From the NCBI GenBank assembly GCA_036835125.1, contig DAITMO010000001.1, positions 421,487 through 485,486 of the forward strand: a stretch of 64,000 bases of DNA, in the 5' to 3' direction. The notes beneath the pieces are model-generated. The model was not told the DNA's origin. It saw only the letters and a program-made list of their open reading frames with translations, and made no database searches. Position numbers and translations under genes: made by a program. Below are positions 1 through 10,111 of this stretch, piece after piece. The stretch comes from Patescibacteria group bacterium (GTDB lineage Bacteria > Patescibacteriota > Microgenomatia > UBA8517). Within the stretch, counting starts at the first letter, position 1, and every line of letters begins with the position of its first letter.

Positions 1-150
1 TCTAAAGAAGTTCAAATAGATACTTTTTTATCTGAATATAATGTTTCAGGAATAAATTCTGAAGATTTCAAATATATTTCAAGATTTGGAATATATTCTT
101 GGTTTTTACTAATATTATCCTATTCATTATTAATTCTTAATATATTCTTT

Positions 151-438
151 TTGCTACATCTAACCAATGAGGGAAGGAAGTTTGTCTTACCTGGGATTTC
201 TTTTATATTTTCGGGTCTAACTTTTCTTGGAATGTATTTTATTGGAAATTCCATTCTAAAGATGTTGAGTTTGAAATATTTTGAAAGCACAAATATTGGA
301 ACGCTTTTAATTACAATAATAACTCCACCCATTGTTTCAAAGATAATACAAATATGGATATGGTTTAGTGTTTCTTCCTTGATAATTGGGGTAATATTGT
401 TTTTTATTAAGAAACCTGTTAAAACTAAACAGAAATGA
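151..438 (+). CDS. hypothetical small integral membrane protein
   Basis: 95-aa ORF with 2-3 hydrophobic segments; overlaps the next ORF by 4 nt (ATGA); no recognisable motif. Confidence 0.3.
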   Translation: MLHLTNEGRKFVLPGISFIFSGLTFLGMYFIGNSILKMLSLKYFESTNIGTLLITIITPPIVSKIIQIWIWFSVSSLIIGVILFFIKKPVKTKQK

Positions 439-884
439 AATACGTTTTAACAATATTAATTACTACAGTTATTGTCTTTTTAGGAGCTACTGTCTATTAC
501 AAAGGATTACCTGAGTTTGTTCGTCCGCAAGGTGTGTCAATAACTTCAGTTGAGACGATAGAATCCCCCCTACCTTCACCAACAGCAGTTCCAGAAGATT
601 TGTCTAGTGTAATCAAAGAAGCATTGATAGCAAAATATGGAAGCTCGTCTGCTGATATGGTTGTAACTGTCTCAAAAATTGAAGGAGAATATGCAAAAGG
701 AATGGTGACAGAACAAGGTGGAGGAGGGATGTGGTTTGCAGCAAAAGAGAATGATTCCTGGACTCTTGTTTGGGATGGAAATGGGATTATAGAATGTGAT
801 GATATTTTTTCTTTCCCCGAATTTCCTATTAGCATGATCCCAGAGTGTTGGGATGCTTCAAAAAGTGCACTTCTTAAACGTTAA
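435..884 (+). CDS. hypothetical N-terminally membrane-anchored protein
   Basis: 149-aa ORF with an N-terminal TM helix followed by a soluble domain; no family recognised. Confidence 0.35.
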   Translation: MKYVLTILITTVIVFLGATVYYKGLPEFVRPQGVSITSVETIESPLPSPTAVPEDLSSVIKEALIAKYGSSSADMVVTVSKIEGEYAKGMVTEQGGGGMWFAAKENDSWTLVWDGNGIIECDDIFSFPEFPISMIPECWDASKSALLKR

Positions 885-902
885 TATTGATATAATGGGT
901 TT

Positions 903-1739
903 ATGGCAAAAGATGAATATACAGCAACCTGGGTTTCTCATTCTTCAATATCAGATTTTTTAAAATGTCCTAGGGCATACTATCTTAGAAATGTATACAA
1001 AAACCCAAAGACGGGGCACAAGATGGCAATTGTTACACCCCCAATGGCTTTAGGGTCGGCTGTTCATGAAGTAATTGAATCCCTTGCAGTTCTCCCTGTC
1101 GAAGAAAGATTAAATATCTCTCTTGTTAAAAAACTAGATCCTGTATGGCTTAAAGTCACAGGGAAAAAAGGAGGATTCAAAAACCATAAAGAAGAAATGG
1201 AATACCGCGAAAGAGCTATCCAAATGCTCATAAATCTTCAAGAGAACCCTGGCCCAATATTAGAAAAAGCCATAAAAATAAAATCAAGAATGAATCTCCC
1301 ACACTTCTGGCTCAATGAAGAAGATGGAATAATTCTTTGTGGAAAAATTGATTGGTTAAAATACAACGAAAATGATGATAGTGTAGAGATAATTGATTTC
1401 AAAACAGGTAAAAATGAAGAAAAAGAAGATTCCTTGCAACTTCCAATTTACCTTCTATTGGCAACAAACACACAGACAAAAGTAGTAACAGGAGCCTCCT
1501 ACTGGTATTTAGATCGTGATGATGGACTTATTGAAAAGAAACTTCCCAATTTGGATGACTCTTATGACAAAGTCTATAAAGTTGCTAAAAGAATTCAGCT
1601 TGCTCGCAAAATTAATCACTTTAAATGTCCAAAAGGTGGGTGTTATGCTTGTCGTCCATACGAAAAGATTTTAGATGGAGAGGCAGAATTTGTGGGAGTT
1701 AGCGATACAAAGCAGGATGTGTATATAATTACCGATTAA
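903..1739 (+). CDS. PD-(D/E)XK nuclease, Cas4/RecB-like (DUF83-type) with Cys cluster
   Basis: N-terminal Cys (CPRAYY) plus C-terminal CPKGGCYACRP gives four Cys as in Cas4/AddB Fe-S nucleases; motif II/III (GKIDWL ... VEIIDFKTGK) and QLPIYLLL (QhxxY) fit RecB-family nucleases. Confidence 0.6.
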   Translation: MAKDEYTATWVSHSSISDFLKCPRAYYLRNVYKNPKTGHKMAIVTPPMALGSAVHEVIESLAVLPVEERLNISLVKKLDPVWLKVTGKKGGFKNHKEEMEYRERAIQMLINLQENPGPILEKAIKIKSRMNLPHFWLNEEDGIILCGKIDWLKYNENDDSVEIIDFKTGKNEEKEDSLQLPIYLLLATNTQTKVVTGASYWYLDRDDGLIEKKLPNLDDSYDKVYKVAKRIQLARKINHFKCPKGGCYACRPYEKILDGEAEFVGVSDTKQDVYIITD

Positions 1740-2785
1740 TTAGAGGTTAACGATTTGATCGCATTTTTTATTTCACTATAGTCAAACGTCCCTGCTTTTG
1801 GATAGAGTACATAGGCACCAATTGGGGATTTTCCTTCTTTCAAGTAGTTTTCAGTTGTTAAATTAATTTCATTTCCTGAATAGACGCTTGTGTCTCCAAA
1901 AACTTCCAAAAGTGTTTTAATCTTTCCAAGGGTAAGATCGGTTTTTACTATATCGATAATAGTGTCTATGGTTGAATCAAGTTTGTTTATTGATTTAATG
2001 GATATTAATTTCTTTAGGATTCCTTTTAAAACGGCAAATTGTCTAGCACTTCTTCCAAAGTCACTGTCTCCATGACGAGACCTGACAAATTTTAGTGCAT
2101 CTTTTCCATCTAGTTTTGCAGGTCCCTTCTCATAACTAATTGTTTCATATCTACAGGTAAACTGTTTTTCTAAATTAAAATCAGAGTATTGGTTTTTAAG
2201 TTGAAATATTTCTTCCTCTGTTTTTCCACAAGTATCATTTTCTTTTCCTTCAACAGGATATAGAGTATCTGTAAATGAAGTAGGAACCTCAACTTCCACT
2301 CCACCAAGATTATCAATCAATTTTACAAAGCTTCCAAAGTCTATTGCTACAAAATTATCTATTGATAAACCAGTAATTCCTCCAACAGCAGCAGATGTTC
2401 CTTGATATCCATTTACGGAAGCCTCTGCATTTACTTTTCTACCACCCTGTACCCATAAATCTCTAGGAATAGAAATCAAAGTATACTTTTTGGTGTTTGA
2501 GTCAACATGAACAACGATAAGACTATCTGTTAGCCCTCCTCCTGAATGATTAGCACCCCCATATCCCAAAAGAAGAACATTGAAAATTCCCTTTTTGGAT
2601 TCATCAACTGGTTCGGCGATTACTTTTGAAAAGGAGCTTGGGTTTATAGAGTTATCTTTAATAAACACTTTTGATATTTGTAAAGTTAAATAAGTTGTAC
2701 CAAACCCAATTGCAAAAACTCCGATAAAAAATGCGATCAAAAGCTTTTTATTACTCTTCAGTTTCTCGATAAATCTTTCTAGCAT
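1736..2785 (-). CDS. LytR-CpsA-Psr (LCP) family cell-envelope transferase
   Basis: N-terminal TM, then LLLGYGGANHSGGGLTDSLIVVHVD ... ISIPRDLWV, characteristic of the LCP domain. Confidence 0.8.
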   Translation of the reverse strand: MLERFIEKLKSNKKLLIAFFIGVFAIGFGTTYLTLQISKVFIKDNSINPSSFSKVIAEPVDESKKGIFNVLLLGYGGANHSGGGLTDSLIVVHVDSNTKKYTLISIPRDLWVQGGRKVNAEASVNGYQGTSAAVGGITGLSIDNFVAIDFGSFVKLIDNLGGVEVEVPTSFTDTLYPVEGKENDTCGKTEEEIFQLKNQYSDFNLEKQFTCRYETISYEKGPAKLDGKDALKFVRSRHGDSDFGRSARQFAVLKGILKKLISIKSINKLDSTIDTIIDIVKTDLTLGKIKTLLEVFGDTSVYSGNEINLTTENYLKEGKSPIGAYVLYPKAGTFDYSEIKNAIKSLTSN

Positions 2786-2821
2786 TGATTCCCATTATAA
2801 TTATATGTTAGGATAAATTGT

Positions 2822-3292
2822 ATGGGTAAAACTGCCAAACTTGTTATCTCAATAGTTATTTGTCTTCTTGCAGGATTTCTTGGTTCTCTCTTTACAACTC
2901 CCGCAATCCCAACCTGGTATGCAGGCTTAATAAAACCTGTTTTTAGTCCACCAAATTATTTATTTGCTCCTGTTTGGACTACTTTATATATCTTGATGGG
3001 AATTTCTTTATACATTGTCTGGGGCAAAAAGAAGGATCAAAAAGTAAAAGAAGCATTGAAACTATTTGCAATTCAACTATTTCTTAATACAATATGGTCA
3101 CCTATTTTTTTTGGAGCCAAGAATTTATTTTTGGCATTAATAATAATTATCTTTATGTGGATTTTTATACTAAAGACAATTCATGCATTTGCAAAAGTTG
3201 ACAAAAAAGCTTCGTATCTTCTGTATCCATATATAGCTTGGGTAAGCTTTGCCTCAATACTTAATTTCTCCGTTTGGTTTTTGAACCGCTAG
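2822..3292 (+). CDS. tspO: TspO/MBR family tryptophan-rich sensory protein
   Basis: 156 aa, five TM segments, PxWYxxLxKPxFxPPxxxFxxVWTxLY signature. Confidence 0.75.
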   Translation: MGKTAKLVISIVICLLAGFLGSLFTTPAIPTWYAGLIKPVFSPPNYLFAPVWTTLYILMGISLYIVWGKKKDQKVKEALKLFAIQLFLNTIWSPIFFGAKNLFLALIIIIFMWIFILKTIHAFAKVDKKASYLLYPYIAWVSFASILNFSVWFLNR

Positions 3293-3310
3293 ATAATATA
3301 ATTCATTTAT

Positions 3311-4594
3311 ATGGATTTAATGGAAAAAATTACTTCACTTGCAAAACGACGTGGGTTCATTTTTCAGGGTAGTGAAATATATGGTGGTTATCAGGGATTT
3401 TGGGATTATGGACCTGCTGGAGTAGAACTAAAAAATAATATCAAAAGAGAGTGGTGGAAATATATGGTTTATAGTAGGGACAATATAGTTGGAATTGACG
3501 CTGCAATAATAATGAACCCTGTTACTTGGGAAAAGTCGGGACACCTTAAGGCTTTCACAGACCCCCTGGTTGAATGCAAGATTTGCCATAAAAGAGTAAG
3601 GGCTGATAATGAAGAAGCGGTTTTACAGCACGAAAAAACTCACAAAGAAGAAAAAGATATTTGGACAGAACCAAAAACTTTCAATCTTATGACAGAAGTT
3701 CTTTTGGGTACAACAGAACCAAAAGAAAAGTCCTACTTAAGAGGAGAAATAACGCAGGGTGTTTTTGTAAACTTTAAGAATGTTGTTGATTCAACCCGCG
3801 TAAAAGTTCCATTTGGTATTTCTCAGATTGGAAAGGCTTTTAGAAATGAAATCACTCCCGGGAATTTAACTTTCCGTTCTCGTGAATTTGAACAGATGGA
3901 ACTGGAATATTTCGTACGACCAGACGAAGAAGAGAGTAAAGACGTCTTTGAGTATTGGAAGGAAGAAAGAAAAAAATGGTATGAAAATCTTGGGATAAAT
4001 CCAGAGAAACTAAGATTCCATGATCATGAACCTGAAAAAAGAGCTCATTATGCTAAGTATGCAACTGATTTGGAATATGAAGCACCATTTGGGTGGAGTG
4101 AATTTGAAGGAATCCATCATAGAGGAGATTTTGACCTTGGGAACCATGGACTGAAATATAAAGATCCTGTAACAAACGAAGAATATACCCCATGGGTAAT
4201 AGAAACATCTGGGGGGGTTGATCGGGCAATGCTATTTTTCTTGATTGATGCGTACAAGGAAGACGGTGATAGAGTCTATCTAAAACTTCATCCCAAACTT
4301 GCTCCATATAAAGTTGCTGTATTTCCACTTCTTGCAAATAAACCAGAGCTTGTTGAAAAGGCTCGAGGTATTTATAAAGAACTTAAAAACGACTTTAGTG
4401 TTGTATGGGATGATAGGGGAAATATTGGGAAACGTTATTTTGCACAGGACGAAATAGGGACTCCATGGTGTATTACGGTAGATTTTGAATCACTTGATGA
4501 TAATACTGTTACTGTTCGTGACAGGGATAGTGGAAAACAAGAAAGAATGGGCATTGACAAACTCTCAGAATATTTTCAAAATAAACTAAGATGA
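3311..4594 (+). CDS. glyQS: glycine--tRNA ligase (single-chain alpha2 type)
   Basis: 427 aa; N-terminus GFIFQGSEIYGGYQGFWDYGPAGVELKNNIKREWW and class II aaRS core typical of dimeric GlyRS. Confidence 0.9.
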   Translation: MDLMEKITSLAKRRGFIFQGSEIYGGYQGFWDYGPAGVELKNNIKREWWKYMVYSRDNIVGIDAAIIMNPVTWEKSGHLKAFTDPLVECKICHKRVRADNEEAVLQHEKTHKEEKDIWTEPKTFNLMTEVLLGTTEPKEKSYLRGEITQGVFVNFKNVVDSTRVKVPFGISQIGKAFRNEITPGNLTFRSREFEQMELEYFVRPDEEESKDVFEYWKEERKKWYENLGINPEKLRFHDHEPEKRAHYAKYATDLEYEAPFGWSEFEGIHHRGDFDLGNHGLKYKDPVTNEEYTPWVIETSGGVDRAMLFFLIDAYKEDGDRVYLKLHPKLAPYKVAVFPLLANKPELVEKARGIYKELKNDFSVVWDDRGNIGKRYFAQDEIGTPWCITVDFESLDDNTVTVRDRDSGKQERMGIDKLSEYFQNKLR

Positions 4595-5262
4595 GTCCTA
4601 AGTTAAAGAAACTTCTACCTATTATTGCAGGAATATTGATAGTTGTAGTGGTAGTTGTTGCATTTTTAGTTAGGGGAAATAAATCAGTTGGTACCACTGA
4701 GGAAGAATCAGGAAGCACTCCAACCCTTTCTGAAGATCAATGGCCAGCAATTTCATTAACACCAACGGAAAAGTCTGACGTTTCAGGATCTCTTGGTAAA
4801 TGGCTTAATTTTAAAGTTGAGAAGATAAATGTTAAAAACGCTAAGAGTATGGATTACCTTTTGGTATATAACACTAGTGATGGAGGACAACAGGGAGTTC
4901 CTGGTTCTGTACAGCTTACAGGTACTAGTATAGAAAAGAAGCTTCTTTTGGGGTCTGAGTCCTCTGGTAAGTATCGATATGATGCTGGGGTAGAAACTGG
5001 AACAATGACAATTACTTTTAGAGATGCAAAAGGTAAATCTTTAGGGAAGCTTGCAACGGAATTTCACCTTCAGACTGGAGTAACTGAATTAACCTCAGTT
5101 GAAAAGACATTCAAATACACTCTTAATAAAGCTGCTAAGAATGTCTATTTCGTAACAATGAAAACTTTTGCCAAGCCAGAAGTACCAACTGTCATTTGGC
5201 AAGATGGTTATGGAATATTTGCTTCAGATGGTGAGGAACACGCAGGATCTGTAGCAGAATAA
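4591..5262 (+). CDS. hypothetical membrane-anchored protein
   Basis: 223 aa with N-terminal TM; start overlaps the glyQS stop (ATGA); no family recognised. Confidence 0.4.
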   Translation: MSPKLKKLLPIIAGILIVVVVVVAFLVRGNKSVGTTEEESGSTPTLSEDQWPAISLTPTEKSDVSGSLGKWLNFKVEKINVKNAKSMDYLLVYNTSDGGQQGVPGSVQLTGTSIEKKLLLGSESSGKYRYDAGVETGTMTITFRDAKGKSLGKLATEFHLQTGVTELTSVEKTFKYTLNKAAKNVYFVTMKTFAKPEVPTVIWQDGYGIFASDGEEHAGSVAE

Positions 5263-5340
5263 CCCCCATTAGATACTTCTTTTTGTTTTTACCTTTCCTT
5301 TTACCCGTGTAGCAATTTAGTGAAAATAGTGAAAAAGGGC

Positions 5341-5369
5341 TTGACATGGTCGTGAAAATAGTATTTAAT
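5341..5369 (+). promoter_or_regulatory. putative sigma70-type promoter of the dcw cluster (TTGACA-17-TTTAAT), overlapped by GTGAAAATAG direct repeats (candidate MraZ boxes)
   Basis: TTGACA at 5341-5346, 17-nt spacer, TTTAAT at 5364-5369. The element gtgaaaatagt occurs twice (about 5321-5331 and 5352-5362), giving TGAAA repeats at ~10-bp phasing. Confidence 0.4.
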
Positions 5370-5449
5370 GGTATCTAATGGCACGAAATGGTGAATAACC
5401 AATCAAACCAGAATGAATATGAACACTGCCCTGTTCAGTATCTATTGCT

Positions 5450-5887
5450 ATGTTACTAGGAACCTATCCTGCAAAGTTTGCTTCGGGACACAGAGTTTCT
5501 GTCCCATCTCAATTTCGAAAAGATCTTGGTCAGCCAATAATTTTAGCCAGGTGGTATGAGGGCTGTTTAGTTTTGGTGGGGAAAGAATTTTGGGAAGCAC
5601 TTTACAAAAGATTAACCGGAGAAAAAGGAATAATTGTTAATCCCGTTCGTGATACTGAGAGGTTCATTTTAGCATCAGCCTACGAGGTTAACCCTGATGA
5701 ACAAGGAAGAATAGTAGTCCCGGAAAGATTGGTTGAGTATTCAAATCTCAAGGATGACATATATTTTATAGGACTTGGGGAAAAAGCCGAGATTTGGGAT
5801 AAAACAATCTGGGAAGAGAAAGAAAAGGAAGTGGTTAAAGGTGCTGCAGGGTACATTGAGGAATTGGCAAAAAGAAATGAACATTAA
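5450..5887 (+). CDS. mraZ: transcriptional regulator MraZ
   Basis: 145 aa, two MraZ half-domains (GHRVSVPSQFRKDL ... RIVVPERLVEY), first gene of the dcw cluster. Confidence 0.85.
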   Translation: MLLGTYPAKFASGHRVSVPSQFRKDLGQPIILARWYEGCLVLVGKEFWEALYKRLTGEKGIIVNPVRDTERFILASAYEVNPDEQGRIVVPERLVEYSNLKDDIYFIGLGEKAEIWDKTIWEEKEKEVVKGAAGYIEELAKRNEH

Positions 5888-6761
5888 TTATCACGAGACA
5901 GTACTGATAAAAGAGACGGTTGAATCTTTGCACATTGAAAAAGGTAAAAAGTATATTGATGCAACTCTTGGAAATGCGGGTCATACTTTAGAGATTTTAA
6001 AAGCTAAAGGACAAGTTTTAGGGATTGATGCGGATCCAACTATGATTTCAATTTCCAAAAACAGATTATCTGAAGCAAATATTCCTGATGAGAATTACAG
6101 GCTTATACAGGGAAATTTTACAGAAATTGATGAAATTGCAGAAAAAATCGGATGGGAAGAAGTTGACGGAATTTTATTTGACCTTGGAGTAACAAATTTG
6201 CATTTGAAAGATCAAGAACGCGGTTTTTCATTCGCGAACCGTCAAGCAGATCTTGATATGAGAGTGGATCCTAAAGCTCAAGGAGTGAAAGCAAGCGATC
6301 TATTAAATGTTTTAAGAGAAGATCAATTAAGAGAAATGTTTGAAGTAACTTTGGAAGCTGGTTCTGCCAAATGGATCACTGGTCGCACAATTCATTCTAG
6401 GAATCAGAAACCCATTAAAACTGTTGGAGATTTCTTGGAAATTTGTGAAGGGTTAAAAACAGGTAAAGGTGGAATAAATGAGGCAACACTTCCCTTTTTA
6501 GCAGTCAGAATTGCAGTCAATAGTGAATTAACAAACTTAGAAGAAGTCTTACCTAAGGCATACGCTCTTCTTAAAAAAGGTGGAAGATTGGTGGTTATAA
6601 GCTTTCACTCAAAAGAAGATGTTTTAGTTAAAAGTTTTTTTAAGGAAAAAGTACTTGAAGGTTCAAAAATGATTACTTTTAAGCCTGTAATGGCAGGTGA
6701 GGAAGAATTATTTGAAAACAAAAGAGCAAGAAGTGCAAAATTAAGAGTTTTAGAAAAATAA
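5877..6761 (+). CDS. rsmH: 16S rRNA (cytosine1402-N4)-methyltransferase RsmH (MraW)
   Basis: HETVLIKETVESL ... IDATLGNAGHT ... DLGVTNLHL motifs. Start trimmed from the tracked 5775 to the internal ATG at 5877, since the upstream part overlaps mraZ. Confidence 0.9.
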   Translation: MNINYHETVLIKETVESLHIEKGKKYIDATLGNAGHTLEILKAKGQVLGIDADPTMISISKNRLSEANIPDENYRLIQGNFTEIDEIAEKIGWEEVDGILFDLGVTNLHLKDQERGFSFANRQADLDMRVDPKAQGVKASDLLNVLREDQLREMFEVTLEAGSAKWITGRTIHSRNQKPIKTVGDFLEICEGLKTGKGGINEATLPFLAVRIAVNSELTNLEEVLPKAYALLKKGGRLVVISFHSKEDVLVKSFFKEKVLEGSKMITFKPVMAGEEELFENKRARSAKLRVLEK

Positions 6762-6772
6762 ATAGTAAAAAA

Positions 6773-7099
6773 ATGAAAAGAAGAATAAAGATAATTAATA
6801 AAGAAGAAAGAAGTGTAAAAAAAGGTGTTACTAAATATCTATTGTTTGCAGTGGGAGGGCTTTTAGCTCTTTCGTCAGTATTTATGACAGTTGAGACTGC
6901 AACTTCTGGGGTTGAGGTCTCAAGTCTTAGAGAAAAGGAAAGAGTTCTTTCAATGGAAAAAAGAAATCTAGAAGCGACTCTAGTTCACTCTCTTTCCGTA
7001 AATGATTTGGGTGAAAAAAGTACAGAAATGGGCTTTGTTAAACCTGTTACAATGGTTTATGTTGCCGAATCTCTTGAGGTTGCAGCAAAACTTCCATAA
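6773..7099 (+). CDS. ftsL: cell division protein FtsL-like (small bitopic membrane protein)
   Basis: 108 aa, single TM plus a coiled-coil-like segment, positioned between rsmH and ftsI. Confidence 0.45.
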   Translation: MKRRIKIINKEERSVKKGVTKYLLFAVGGLLALSSVFMTVETATSGVEVSSLREKERVLSMEKRNLEATLVHSLSVNDLGEKSTEMGFVKPVTMVYVAESLEVAAKLP

Positions 7100-7102
7100 A
7101 AA

Positions 7103-8824
7103 ATGACTGGAAAAATAAGGCTACTCTCTGTAATTTTTCTTTTACTTTTTTCAATTCTTGCAGCAAGACTTTTTTGGTGGCAGGTTGTTAAAGGAAGCTC
7201 ATTAGCAGGACAAGCAAGGAACCAGCATTCTTCATCAACTCTGACATCGGCTCCTAGAGGAAATATTTTAGCGTCTGACGGGACTCCTTGGGTGGCCAGA
7301 GTTCCTGCTTGGAATCTTTGGGCAAATCCTCGTTTGTTGGAGACTTCAAAAGATAAAGTAGCTGATAAAATTGCACCATTAACTTATGAAAAAGAAACGG
7401 AAAATGAGGATGAATATAAAGGTATATTAAATGAAAAAGGTAGATTGGTCTCACTTTTGTCTAAAAATGTAAGTTGGGTATCTCTTAAGCAAAAGATAGA
7501 CAATAACACTAAAACAAACATTGAGGCATTAAACATTAAAGGGATAGGTTTTGATTCTATTGAAAGTTCTTTTTATCCAGAAGCATCAATGGCAGCGCAA
7601 TTATTAGGATTTGTTGGAAAAGAATCTGATGGTACTGATATTGGTTATTTTGGGCTTGAGGGTTATTACAATTTACCTTTAAGTGGAAAACCAGGGTTTT
7701 TAGGTGGTGAAAAGGACGCGAAAGGATCTCCAATTTTGATAGACGGAACTACATCAGTATCGGCAGTTTCTGGAGTTGATCTTTTAACAAATATAGATAA
7801 AAGAATACAGATTGTAACGGAGAATGAATTAATAAAAGGTATTGAAAAGTATGGGGCAGTTGGAGGAAGTGTAACAATAATGGATCCTAAAACTGGCAAA
7901 GTTATCGCTATGGCAAGTTATCCTTCTTTTGACCCGTCAGATTACGGAAGATACAGTGACGCACTTTTTAAAAATCCCATAATCACAGACACTTTTGAAC
8001 CTGGTTCAATTTTTAAGGTTATTGTTATGGCATCAGGCCTTGATGCTGGTGTAATAACACCAGATACAGAATGTGACATCTGTGGTGGTCCCTTAAAACT
8101 GGACAAGTATTACATTAAAACTTGGAGTGACAAATATACTCCCAATATTACGATGACAGAAACAATAGTTGAATCGGATAATGTTGGAATGTCGTTTGTT
8201 GGACAAAAACTAGGGGCAGACACACTTTATGACTATTTAACTAAGTTTGGAATTGGTCAAAAAACTGGAATTGATTTGCAGGGTGAAGTAGCGCCAAAAC
8301 TTAGAGCTAAAGGAACATGGAATGTAGTAGACCTTGCTACAGCTAGTTTTGGACAAGGGGTTGCGGTCACAGGAATTGAAATGGTTAGAGCAGTTGCAGC
8401 AATTGCTAATGGAGGGTATTTAGTTACTCCAAAAGTTGTAGATTCAATAAAAGGTGATGAATGGGAGGAAAAAATTGACACAGACAAGCCTATTAGAATT
8501 ATTAGTGAAAAAGCTGCAGCAGAAATTTCTCAAATGATGGTAAAAGCTGCAAATGAGGGGGAGGCAAAATGGTGTAAAATTCCAGGTTATAACGTTGCAG
8601 GAAAAACTGGTACAGCTCAAATTCCAGTTGCGGGACACTATGACGCAACAAACACAAATCACTCTTTTATTGGTTTTGCTCCAGTGGGAAATGCTAAATT
8701 TGTAATGCTTGTTACTCTAAAATCTCCTCAAACTTCCCCTTGGGCAGCTGAGACTGCAGCACCCCTTTGGTATTCAATTGCTGATGACCTCTTTCCATAT
8801 TTTGGGATAGCGCCTGAGAAATGA
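7103..8824 (+). CDS. ftsI: peptidoglycan D,D-transpeptidase FtsI (class B PBP)
   Basis: N-terminal TM, PBP dimerisation domain, SIFK (SxxK), SDN (SxN) and KTGTA motifs. Confidence 0.85.
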   Translation: MTGKIRLLSVIFLLLFSILAARLFWWQVVKGSSLAGQARNQHSSSTLTSAPRGNILASDGTPWVARVPAWNLWANPRLLETSKDKVADKIAPLTYEKETENEDEYKGILNEKGRLVSLLSKNVSWVSLKQKIDNNTKTNIEALNIKGIGFDSIESSFYPEASMAAQLLGFVGKESDGTDIGYFGLEGYYNLPLSGKPGFLGGEKDAKGSPILIDGTTSVSAVSGVDLLTNIDKRIQIVTENELIKGIEKYGAVGGSVTIMDPKTGKVIAMASYPSFDPSDYGRYSDALFKNPIITDTFEPGSIFKVIVMASGLDAGVITPDTECDICGGPLKLDKYYIKTWSDKYTPNITMTETIVESDNVGMSFVGQKLGADTLYDYLTKFGIGQKTGIDLQGEVAPKLRAKGTWNVVDLATASFGQGVAVTGIEMVRAVAAIANGGYLVTPKVVDSIKGDEWEEKIDTDKPIRIISEKAAAEISQMMVKAANEGEAKWCKIPGYNVAGKTGTAQIPVAGHYDATNTNHSFIGFAPVGNAKFVMLVTLKSPQTSPWAAETAAPLWYSIADDLFPYFGIAPEK

Positions 8825-8842
8825 TACAATACCTAATATAAG

Positions 8843-10111
8843 ATGTCGAAATTTATAGTTGAAGGCGGAAACCGCCTTGAAGGCAAAGTTAAACTTTCCG
8901 GAAATAAAAACTCGGCTTTAAAGCTTATTCCTGCTGCTCTTCTTGGAGATTCTCCAACCACCCTTACAAATGTACCAAGGATACTAGATGTTGACGTAAT
9001 GCTTGAGCTTATAGGCAAGCTCGGGGTAAAAGTGACAAGGAAGGATCATGAAGTGACGATTGATCCTACAGGACTTTCTTCTTTTGATCCAGATCCTGAT
9101 TTATCTGCCAAGTTTAGAGCCTCAGTTGTTTTAGCAGCTCCACTCTTGGTCAAATTTGGGAAAGCAATAGTTACCCCTCCAGGTGGGGATCAAATTGGAG
9201 AAAGACTTTTAGACACCCACTTTGCGATGATGCAAAAACTTGGAGTTGAGATAAAAAGAGTAGATGGACGCTTCTATCTAAAGTGGAAGAAAAAAGTTGG
9301 TGGAAACATATTTTTAGATGAGCCTTCAGTTACTGCAACAGAGATGGGGCTTATGATGGCTTCTGCAATGAATGAGAATATAGTAATTGATGATGCTGCA
9401 ACTGAGCCTCATGTAAATAACCTTGCTGAAATGCTTTCCAAAATGGGAGCAAATATTAATGGTATCGGATCAAATGTTTTGAATATTAAGGGCGGAAACC
9501 TCCACGGAGTTGATCACAAAGTATGCCCGGATCATATTGAGGGAGGGACTTTTGCAATTGCGGCAGCCATTACTGGAGGAAAAATTGAGATAGAAGACTT
9601 TGAATCTGAAAAGTATCCAATGATACTTAATTATTTAGGTTATATGGGTGTTAAATACAAAGCTACTCCCAATACTCTTACAGTTTTACCTTCAAATTTG
9701 GAAGCTACACGAGGAAAGTTTCAGACTCGTCCTTGGCCAGGTTTCCCAACGGATTTGATGAGTCCCTTTATAGTTCTCGCAACTCAAACAAAAGGAACCG
9801 TGGTCTGCCATGACTGGATGTATGAATGGAGAATGTTCTTTGTTGATGATTTGATTTCAATGGGCGCAAAAATATTTATTGCTGATCCACACCGAGTGAT
9901 AGTTAGTGGAGCAACACCCCTGATGAGCGACAGATTATTTTGTAAAGATATTAGAGCAGGAATTTCTGTTATTTTGGCAGCTCTAACCGCAGAGGGTAGA
10001 AGTGAAATAGAAAATGTAGAGGTAGTTGCCAGAGGATACGAAAATATTGACGAAAGATTCCGCCGCCTTGGAGCTAAGATTATAGCCAAGGAAGAAAATG
10101 CAGCAAAATAA
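8843..10111 (+). CDS. murA: UDP-N-acetylglucosamine 1-carboxyvinyltransferase
   Basis: MSKFIVEGGNRLEGKVKLSGNKNSALKLIPAALL is the canonical MurA/EPT N-terminus; 422 aa. Confidence 0.9.
   Translation: MSKFIVEGGNRLEGKVKLSGNKNSALKLIPAALLGDSPTTLTNVPRILDVDVMLELIGKLGVKVTRKDHEVTIDPTGLSSFDPDPDLSAKFRASVVLAAPLLVKFGKAIVTPPGGDQIGERLLDTHFAMMQKLGVEIKRVDGRFYLKWKKKVGGNIFLDEPSVTATEMGLMMASAMNENIVIDDAATEPHVNNLAEMLSKMGANINGIGSNVLNIKGGNLHGVDHKVCPDHIEGGTFAIAAAITGGKIEIEDFESEKYPMILNYLGYMGVKYKATPNTLTVLPSNLEATRGKFQTRPWPGFPTDLMSPFIVLATQTKGTVVCHDWMYEWRMFFVDDLISMGAKIFIADPHRVIVSGATPLMSDRLFCKDIRAGISVILAALTAEGRSEIENVEVVARGYENIDERFRRLGAKIIAKEENAAK

Noticed and set aside
5775-5876. Upstream extension of rsmH (tracked start 5775)
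   Set aside because: Lys/Arg-rich low-complexity translation overlapping mraZ in another frame; the conserved RsmH N-terminus begins at the Met at 5877.
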